A stretch of 64,000 nucleotides of DNA from an archaeon (GTDB lineage Archaea > Nanobdellota > Nanobdellia > Woesearchaeales > UBA9642): NCBI GenBank assembly GCA_020057295.1, contig JAGVGF010000002.1:190276-254275 (forward strand), given 5' to 3'. The notes beneath the pieces were generated by a model. It was given only the letters and a program-made list of their open reading frames with translations, was not told the DNA's origin and made no database searches. A program made the translations under genes and the position numbers. Shown piece after piece: positions 57,152 to 64,000 of the stretch. How positions within the stretch are numbered: position 1 is the stretch's first letter; every line of letters starts with the position of its first letter.

Positions 57152-57574
57152 TCAAGAAGTTATTTTTTGCATGGTAATATTTCCACCATTTTTTGTAACG
57201 TTATTCATTCCCTTGCCTACTGTCGATGATCCTTTGACATATCCTTGTTGAACGAAGTAAACTCTTTCTCTACCAGCATATCTTATAACTATTTCTGGAG
57301 TATTGCCAGCTCCGGGTATTATATCTATACTATAATTTGCTCCATTAATACTCTGCGGTAATTCAAACTGTCTATAATATCCATCTGTTACTGATTCGGC
57401 AAGTTTTATTTCATTAACAACAAGATTTTCAACCTGCTTGGCAGCTTGATCTGTCTTATCCCTATTTGCATCCACAAGTTTTGCTTGAATTACTATATAG
57501 AATACTAAAAATGTCATTATCATGAAACCTGTTAGTATAACAAATTCCATTGATGTTTGAGCTTTACGATTCAT
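57152..57574 (-). CDS. archaeal type IV pilin-like protein (class III signal peptide)
   Basis: N-terminus 'MNRKAQTSMEFVILTGFMIMTFLVF' has a prepilin-peptidase-type site (K-A-Q|T) and a hydrophobic helix. Confidence 0.55.
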   Translation of the reverse strand: MNRKAQTSMEFVILTGFMIMTFLVFYIVIQAKLVDANRDKTDQAAKQVENLVVNEIKLAESVTDGYYRQFELPQSINGANYSIDIIPGAGNTPEIVIRYAGRERVYFVQQGYVKGSSTVGKGMNNVTKNGGNITMQKITS

Positions 57575-57583
57575 ATAATCACA

Positions 57584-58114
57584 CTATTTCAACTGTGAGA
57601 TGTATACATATGTTGTTTTTGATTCAAATTTTAGTTGATGATTTCCAGGCTGAGGAATATTTGCTGTCATCGCAGTATTACCACAATTAGGAGGGAGACT
57701 GCCGCCGGAACATGCACTTCTAGGTGCACTTCCATACTGATACCCTCCAGAAATATTTATTCTTGAAAAGAATACTGCTTCATTTATTCCGCTAGACAAT
57801 TCATATTTTATTACCAACTCTTGATTGTTAAGTATATATACGTCACGGACATTTTTTGGATAACGTAAATCTTGTGTTACAAGTGATCCATCTGCTAATC
57901 CATATATAGATTCAGCGTTAGTTATTATAGAAGTACCAATTTGTGTGATTTGCGTCCTTATCGATGCTTCATTAGATGTTTGTGAGTACTTATAGAAGAA
58001 ATATCCTCCTGGTATAAGTATAGCGAATGATACTCCAATAATTATCAAGTATTCAACAGAAATTTGTGCTTTAGACTTTTTTAACAACATACACCTCTTT
58101 GATATCACATACAC
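57584..58114 (-). CDS. archaeal type IV pilin-like protein (class III signal peptide)
   Basis: 'KKSKAQISVEYLIIIGVSFAILIP' class III signal. Confidence 0.55.
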   Translation of the reverse strand: MYVISKRCMLLKKSKAQISVEYLIIIGVSFAILIPGGYFFYKYSQTSNEASIRTQITQIGTSIITNAESIYGLADGSLVTQDLRYPKNVRDVYILNNQELVIKYELSSGINEAVFFSRINISGGYQYGSAPRSACSGGSLPPNCGNTAMTANIPQPGNHQLKFESKTTYVYISQLK

Positions 58115-58275
58115 CTTATGTATAGATGTGTTATAGCTGTGTTCTTTACACGACCTCGTACACTATATATAGTTTGTACATTATACCTTATTAATGGTAT
58201 TTATTTAGTTTATGCTTTTAATACGCTTATAGAAATAGTAAGATTTATAAAAATGTGTTTAATTCTTGAACTTGT

Positions 58276-59349
58276 ATGAGCGAACACAACGGTGATAAGG
58301 AACATTCAGAACATAATCATACTCATAAGAATGGATTCTTTTTAGGACTATATGATAAACATTACAAAGCATTACTAATAATTTCATTAATATTGCTTGC
58401 ATTCTCGTTTGTTGTTATTGGTCACAAATATGTTACTACAGGAGATTTCGTTAGCAGGGGCGTATCATTAACTGGTGGTTTAAGTATTACACTAAAAGCA
58501 CCTACAAGTGATATTAATCCTGATGAGTTACAAGCATACTTACTAAAACAATTTCCTAAAGCAGATATTAACGTCAGGACTTTTGGTGCTGCGGACAATT
58601 TGAAAGTATCTATAGAAGCGTCTGGTGTTAATGATACAGAATTTATTAATTTATTAAAACCTAGGTTTCCTAATTTAACTGATGAAGATTTTGTTAAGAA
58701 CAAGCAAACTGTCGGTCCAACATTTGGTGAAGCATTCTTTACACAGACATTAAAGGCAATATTTATAGCATTTTTATTCATGAGTATAGTTATCTTCTTA
58801 TATTTTGGAGAATCAACAAGAGATAAATGGATTGCATCAATATTAACAGTAATTTCAGCATTTATGATATTCTACGCAAATTCCGCAATAACATATCTTG
58901 TTCCAGTAATATTGTTCATAATATGTATAATTATATACATTAGAGATAGTATACCAGCATTTGGTATTGTACTATGTGCATTTTCAGACATATTCTTTTC
59001 ATTAGCTATATTTAATCTATTCGACTATAAATTGAATATTGCGGGCGTTGCAGCATTCTTAATGCTTGTCGGTTATAGCATTGATACTGACATCTTATTA
59101 TCTGTACGTGTGTTAAAGAGACGTGGCGGTACAATATTTGATAGGACAGTTGATGCATTGAAGACAGGTATGACTATGTCAGTATGTGCTTTACTTGCTG
59201 TACTTGCAGCATTAATATTTACACATTCAATTGTTATTAAGGAAATAATGTTTATATTATTAGTAGGGTTAATTGGTGATATAATATTTACGTGGATCCA
59301 AAATGCAGGCATATTAAGATGGCATTTAGAAAAGAAGGGATGGAAATAA
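58276..59349 (+). CDS. secF: protein-export membrane protein SecF
   Basis: His-rich N-terminus, one TM, periplasmic domain, then a C-terminal 5-6 TM bundle ('MLVGYSIDTDILLSVRV'); immediately followed by secD. Confidence 0.65.
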   Translation: MSEHNGDKEHSEHNHTHKNGFFLGLYDKHYKALLIISLILLAFSFVVIGHKYVTTGDFVSRGVSLTGGLSITLKAPTSDINPDELQAYLLKQFPKADINVRTFGAADNLKVSIEASGVNDTEFINLLKPRFPNLTDEDFVKNKQTVGPTFGEAFFTQTLKAIFIAFLFMSIVIFLYFGESTRDKWIASILTVISAFMIFYANSAITYLVPVILFIICIIIYIRDSIPAFGIVLCAFSDIFFSLAIFNLFDYKLNIAGVAAFLMLVGYSIDTDILLSVRVLKRRGGTIFDRTVDALKTGMTMSVCALLAVLAALIFTHSIVIKEIMFILLVGLIGDIIFTWIQNAGILRWHLEKKGWK

Positions 59350-59381
59350 ATTTAACATATACTATAATTAATTAATATAAG

Positions 59382-61097
59382 TTGATATTTATGAGTGTTA
59401 ATAAAATTTTTAAAAATTGGAAGATATGGTTTTTAGCAATATGTATAGTCATGGCTATAGTTGCTATATGGCCAAATCCTGTAGCTGATGGTGTAGCTGT
59501 AAGAAGTGTAATTAAAGATTCTGCAGCATCACTTGCTGGAATGCAAAATCCTAAACCCACAACAACACCGATGGGTAGAGAAGTTATTCATTACGTTAAT
59601 AATATTCCCATAAAAGATATTACTGATTATGCTGACATAGTATCGTCATTAAAGCCTAACACTACTGTTATTATCAAAACTAATAGAGATACGTACAAGC
59701 TAAATATTAAACCATTATTATTAACAACAGTATTGAATGATACTGAATTAATCAATTATACTGAAACAATATATAATTCTACAACCAATGAATCTTTCAA
59801 TGTTACTGAAACTAAACTTGTAAATAAAACTTTACAAAAAGTTGTTGGTACTGAAGATATTGGATTAAGAGTTTATGATGCTCCAAAATCTAATATCAGA
59901 ATGGGTCTAGACTTACAGGGTGGAAGTAGAGTAATATTAAGACCTGAACAACAATTAGCTCAAGATGATTTAGATAGTCTTGTAGAAAATATGAAACAGA
60001 GACTAAATGTTTATGGACTATCTGACTTGACTGTTAGACCAACCATTGATTTGGATGGTAGAACATTTATTATTGTAGAAATTGCCGGAGCAACTGATGA
60101 AGAGGTTAAGGATTTATTATCCAAACAAGGTAAGTTCGAAGGTAAAGTCGGTAATGACACAGTATTCAAAGGTGGTGCAGATATTAAACATGTTTGTAAA
60201 ACTCCTGACTGTTCAAGAATACAACAATGTAACAAAGGTTCCGATAACAGTTATTTCTGTAGATTCATGTTTGCTATAACATTAAGTCCTGAATCTGCAC
60301 AAAGACAAGCAGACAGAACTAAAAATCTAGATGTTAAAATAGAAAATGGTGAAGGTTTCTTGAATGAAACATTAGACTTATATTTAGATGATGAAAAAGT
60401 TGATAGTCTACGTATTGGTGAAAGTTTAAAGGGTAGGGCAGAAACTGAGATTAGTATAAGTGGTAGTGGGACCGGATTAACTCAGCAGGAAGCAATGAAT
60501 GATGCAACAAATAATATGAAGAGGTTGCAAACAATATTAATTACAGGATCATTACCTGTTAAGTTATTGATTGAAGATACAAGCAATGTCAGTCCAGTAT
60601 TAGGTGGAGAATTTATTCAAAACACATTATTTGTAGGATTAATGGCTATGATTTTTGTAATAATTGCTATTATGATTAGATATAGACGTTTAGTGGTTTC
60701 TGTTCCTGTAGCTATAACATTATTATCAGAAGTTATTATATTACTTGGATTTGCATCTATTATCGGATGGAATATCGACTTAATAGCAATAGCAGCAATA
60801 ATTATTGCTATTGGTACTGGTGTAGATTCACAGATTGTAATCATTGATGAAATGAGCGGTAAGCATCAAAATGAAGAATCAACCGGATGGAAAGATAAAG
60901 TTAAGAATGCATTCTTTATTATAATGGCATCATATTTAACAATGGTTGTAGCAATGTTGCCTTTATTATCTGCAGGAGCAGGATTATTGAAAGGCTTTGC
61001 AATAACAACTATTCTAGGTGTTTCTATTGGTGTATTCATTACAAGACCAGCATTTGCAGTAATCGCAGAAAGCGTCCTAAGAAAAGAGATAGAATAA
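59382..61097 (+). CDS. secD: protein-export membrane protein SecD
   Basis: Large periplasmic domain and C-terminal RND-like 6-TM bundle ('AIGTGVDSQIVIIDE'). Confidence 0.7.
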   Translation: MIFMSVNKIFKNWKIWFLAICIVMAIVAIWPNPVADGVAVRSVIKDSAASLAGMQNPKPTTTPMGREVIHYVNNIPIKDITDYADIVSSLKPNTTVIIKTNRDTYKLNIKPLLLTTVLNDTELINYTETIYNSTTNESFNVTETKLVNKTLQKVVGTEDIGLRVYDAPKSNIRMGLDLQGGSRVILRPEQQLAQDDLDSLVENMKQRLNVYGLSDLTVRPTIDLDGRTFIIVEIAGATDEEVKDLLSKQGKFEGKVGNDTVFKGGADIKHVCKTPDCSRIQQCNKGSDNSYFCRFMFAITLSPESAQRQADRTKNLDVKIENGEGFLNETLDLYLDDEKVDSLRIGESLKGRAETEISISGSGTGLTQQEAMNDATNNMKRLQTILITGSLPVKLLIEDTSNVSPVLGGEFIQNTLFVGLMAMIFVIIAIMIRYRRLVVSVPVAITLLSEVIILLGFASIIGWNIDLIAIAAIIIAIGTGVDSQIVIIDEMSGKHQNEESTGWKDKVKNAFFIIMASYLTMVVAMLPLLSAGAGLLKGFAITTILGVSIGVFITRPAFAVIAESVLRKEIE

Positions 61098-61153
61098 ATT
61101 TATTTAGGATTATTATTAGTAATGTTTATAAAATTTCTACGCTTTCTAAATAT

Positions 61154-61777
61154 ATGAAGCGCGCAATACTTACAGGATTTGAGCCATTTGGACCATACAA
61201 ATATAATCCTGTTCAAGATACTGCAAGAGAATATAATAGAAAAATATTAGGAGATATTGAGATCATAGGATTAGTTTTACCATGCACATATTATGGAGCT
61301 TTTAAATTATTATCTGAAAAAATAGACGAGCTTTCTCCAGATATAATTATTGGTAGCGGACTCGCTTCTAGAATTCAACGTATAAGACTTGAAGCATTTG
61401 GAAGAAATGTTATGAATGGAAAATATCCCGACAACGAAGGAAGAAAGGCAGATAATGAACCTATTATTAAAGATGGAAACTTGCTATATCAAACAACTTC
61501 AAATAGTATTCTCTTAGCAAGTGCTCTTTATGATTCAGGAATTTCTGCAGAAGTATCAATCGATGCTGAGGGATTTATTTGTAATTCTTTAATTTATCTA
61601 ACTGCAAAAAGAATTTCTGATGAAAATATTCCTATTAGGTTTGCTTTTTTCCATACTCCCTGGACAGAAGATTATTTAGATAGAGTAAACTTAGAATCTG
61701 GTAAAGTGACAATTAAAAAAAACAATTTAAGGAGAACAATAGAGCTTTTAGTAAGAAATGTTGAGCGAAACATATAA
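61154..61777 (+). CDS. pcp: pyroglutamyl-peptidase I (pyrrolidone-carboxylate peptidase, C15)
   Basis: 'ILTGFEPFG', 'IGSGLA', 'EGFICNSLIY' match the Pcp motifs. Confidence 0.8.
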   Translation: MKRAILTGFEPFGPYKYNPVQDTAREYNRKILGDIEIIGLVLPCTYYGAFKLLSEKIDELSPDIIIGSGLASRIQRIRLEAFGRNVMNGKYPDNEGRKADNEPIIKDGNLLYQTTSNSILLASALYDSGISAEVSIDAEGFICNSLIYLTAKRISDENIPIRFAFFHTPWTEDYLDRVNLESGKVTIKKNNLRRTIELLVRNVERNI

Positions 61778-61788
61778 ATTTCATCCAA

Positions 61789-62328
61789 TTATTCACAGAA
61801 ATAAATTATGTCTTTATCTTCTTCGATTTTTTTTAAAATTTTGAATTTTCCTTGAATTATCTTCTCAATAATTTCTCGTTTTTGACTTCTCTTTAGAAAT
61901 GTTAGTATAAATTTCTTTCCAACACGTTTAATTTCGTCTAGTCCTTTAGAAATGTTAGTAAAATTTTGAATGGCTGTTAATGAAATAACTATATTAAATT
62001 CTTTATCTGTGTACGGAAGTTCTTCAGCTCGTTCTACTTTAAATTTTATTAATGGGTTATGTTTAATCGCTATTTTAATCAGTTCTGAACTCGGATCAAT
62101 TCCGTGTTTTTCCTTAGCTTTAAAGAAACCCGTACTAATTCCAGTTCCACATCCAACATCAAGTAATTTATCAGAAGAGCTAATAAAATCTTTTAATCGA
62201 GAATCGTTAACTATTTCTTTACCGATTAATTCTAATTTCTTCAACTGTTCCTCACTATGTAGTTCATCATATCCTGAAGCGATACTATCATAATATTCTT
62301 TATGTGCTCCTATTTTATGTTCTGTCAT
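61789..62328 (-). CDS. class I SAM-dependent methyltransferase
   Basis: Motif I 'LDVGCGTGIST'. Confidence 0.65.
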   Translation of the reverse strand: MTEHKIGAHKEYYDSIASGYDELHSEEQLKKLELIGKEIVNDSRLKDFISSSDKLLDVGCGTGISTGFFKAKEKHGIDPSSELIKIAIKHNPLIKFKVERAEELPYTDKEFNIVISLTAIQNFTNISKGLDEIKRVGKKFILTFLKRSQKREIIEKIIQGKFKILKKIEEDKDIIYFCE

Positions 62329-62362
62329 AAAATTCTTAAATCATTAATAGTTTATATGTTTT

Positions 62363-62887
62363 ATGACAATAACATTTTCAAGCAGTAGAAACCTGACAGC
62401 AGAAGATCATGATGCTGGTGCTGCGTTGACTGAGAAATATTTTAATACATCAGGAGATACAGAACAATTACAGATAAATAGTGATAATAAACAATGGTTT
62501 AGAAAAAATTTTCCGGAATCATTGACTGTGATAAAGGAAGATAATAAAATTATCGGATTAGCGTTTGTATTTTTATCAGACGATTATTCCATGCAGAAAT
62601 TTATAAGTGGCGAAATGTCAGAAAATGAATTAACCGAATATTTTAAAAAAAATTATTCTTCCCAAAAAAAAGATTTTACAAATTTATATCTATGTTCTGT
62701 GTTTATAATTCCAGAATATCGTGGGAGAGGATTGGGCGAACAGGTTTTACTTGCTAAAATAGAAGAAATGTCTCATAATGTAAACTTGCGAAGTCTGTTC
62801 TATTGGGCATATTCAGATGTCGGAGAACATATTTCTAAAAATATCGCGAAAAAAACTACACTATTACTACACAGGAGATCTGAATGA
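62363..62887 (+). CDS. GNAT-like acetyltransferase (putative)
   Basis: 'FIIPEYRGRGLGEQVL' R-x-x-G-x-G motif. Confidence 0.4.
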   Translation: MTITFSSSRNLTAEDHDAGAALTEKYFNTSGDTEQLQINSDNKQWFRKNFPESLTVIKEDNKIIGLAFVFLSDDYSMQKFISGEMSENELTEYFKKNYSSQKKDFTNLYLCSVFIIPEYRGRGLGEQVLLAKIEEMSHNVNLRSLFYWAYSDVGEHISKNIAKKTTLLLHRRSE

Positions 62888-63708
62888 ATAGATTTCTCCT
62901 ATTATTAAAAACTAGTCGCCCAATATTTTGGTTAGTTGCTCCTTTAGTGTTTATTGGAGGATTAATTGTTGGTGAAGCAAAATTCTCTGTATTGTCTGTT
63001 ATTCAACTAGTTCTGTTGTCATTTCCTTATTCCTTATTTGTATTTGGCATTAATGATATATATGATTATGCATCTGATAAAATTAATTCTAGAAAAAAAT
63101 TTGTCGAAGGAATTGCTTTACAGCCAAGATATCATGAATTCGTTAAACACTCTGTCCTGATTGCAGGATTTGTTTTATTGTTAAGTTCGTTATTCACTTT
63201 AAACATTCTAAATATTATGTCGATGATTTTATTACTGTTTTTATCATATTATTATTCTTCAAAACCATTAAGATTTAAAGAAGTTCCTCTACTTGATTCA
63301 ATAACTAATGGCTTAGGATTTTTGTTTGTGGCTTTATTAGGGTTTAGTTTTGGAAGTAGCATTGAACAATTACCAATAAAAGCATTATTTGTTGCTGGAT
63401 GTGTTTCGGCAATGCATGCCCTAACAACAATTGTAGATTATCAAGTTGATAAGAAAGCAAAGGTCAAAACATTTTCTACAGTTCTCGGAAAGAGAAACGC
63501 AGCATTATTTGCCTTACTGATATTTATAATGACGATAATTTTTTCAAATATTCTATCAATAATAATCCTTTTATATTTAGCGATATGTGCATTATCGAGT
63601 TTAATGATTATGATTTATCCGAATGAAAAATTTTCATTAGTTGTCAATAGAATTTTATTTGTGTTGTTCCTTATAACAATAGCATCTTACTTGATTTTTA
63701 GATTTTAA
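62884..63708 (+). CDS. UbiA-family prenyltransferase
   Basis: Asp-rich motifs 'NDIYDYASDKIN' (NDxxDxxxD) and 'DYQVDKKAKV'; polytopic membrane protein; 4-nt overlap with the upstream gene. Confidence 0.75.
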   Translation: MNRFLLLLKTSRPIFWLVAPLVFIGGLIVGEAKFSVLSVIQLVLLSFPYSLFVFGINDIYDYASDKINSRKKFVEGIALQPRYHEFVKHSVLIAGFVLLLSSLFTLNILNIMSMILLLFLSYYYSSKPLRFKEVPLLDSITNGLGFLFVALLGFSFGSSIEQLPIKALFVAGCVSAMHALTTIVDYQVDKKAKVKTFSTVLGKRNAALFALLIFIMTIIFSNILSIIILLYLAICALSSLMIMIYPNEKFSLVVNRILFVLFLITIASYLIFRF

Positions 63709-63757
63709 CGTCAACTTTTTAAATCTCTCTTTTGTCCTTATATTATTATCATAAAAC

Positions 63758-63829
63758 GGGCTCATGGTCTAGTGGTATGACGTTTCCTTGACGTGGAAAA
63801 GGTCGCCGGTTCGAATCCGGCTGGGCCCA
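63758..63829 (+). tRNA. tRNA-Val (anticodon GAC)
   Basis: GGGCTCA-TG-GTCT-AGTGGTA-TGAC-G-TTTCC-TTGACGT-GGAAA-AGGTC-GCCGG-TTCGAAT-CCGGC-TGGGCCC-A; canonical T-loop, no encoded CCA. Confidence 0.85.
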
Positions 63830-63919
63830 GTTTTATTTGTTTTATACTTTAATGTTATTCTCCTTACCATCAAATATATAAACTCGTTATATACATAGCA
63901 TTATTAGAAAGAGGTGTAT

Positions 63920-64000
63920 ATGTCTTACATTGATATTCCGAAGTATAGAGTTAGTCCAAGACCAGAACGTTTTCTAGTTAATCAGATATTTGTGGAGATA
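63920..64000 (+). CDS. hypothetical protein (5' fragment, truncated by window end)
   Basis: ATG preceded by GAGGTG; MSYIDIPKYRVSPRPERFLVNQIFVEI... Confidence 0.3.
   Translation, partial: MSYIDIPKYRVSPRPERFLVNQIFVEI

Noticed and set aside
1-64000. CRISPR arrays, rRNA genes, transposases or integrases
   Set aside because: No regularly spaced direct repeats, no rRNA-like conserved stretches, and no transposase or integrase motifs were seen. The only mobile-element hint is the 16-bp tRNA-end duplication at 52930-53035.

Overview
The window is AT-rich (roughly 30% GC), compact and unmistakably archaeal. It carries RNA polymerase subunits E' and Spt4, ribosomal proteins S24e and S27ae, Orc1/Cdc6, ATP-dependent DNA ligase, FtsZ, RtcB with archease, a class-I CCA-adding enzyme, class-III-signal pilin-like genes, SecD/SecF, and an intron-containing tRNA. 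This points to a small-genome, DPANN-like organism, although I cannot prove the lineage from sequence alone. Many genes overlap by 4 nt (ATGA), and several are preceded by a G-rich Shine-Dalgarno site (GGGGG(A/T) or GGAGGTGA) 6-9 nt upstream.

The most striking accessory content is a family of three secreted paralogs at 13.6-22.5 kb. Each has an N-terminal DUF3494 (ice-binding-like) beta-helix domain and a shared C-terminal module: a Gly/Ser linker, a four-cysteine motif, an Asn/Thr-rich stalk and a Trp-rich hydrophobic tail. A block of small membrane-protein genes sits between the paralogs, and a PAP2 phosphatase plus dolichol-kinase-like pair lies nearby.

Other features worth a second look:
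- a pentameric ligand-gated ion channel (Cys-loop receptor) homologue
- a SET-domain methyltransferase
- a membrane-anchored coiled-coil protein with an Ada-type zinc domain
- an HTH-Nudix regulator with a perfect palindromic operator
- a ChlI/ChlD-like AAA+ and von Willebrand A pair
- a Zn-ribbon / unknown / GTPase triad next to the pilin genes
- tRNA-Thr with a 50-nt intron
- a tRNA-Val whose 5' 16 nt is duplicated about 75 bp away
- several short ORFs with strong SD sites that the six-frame track misses
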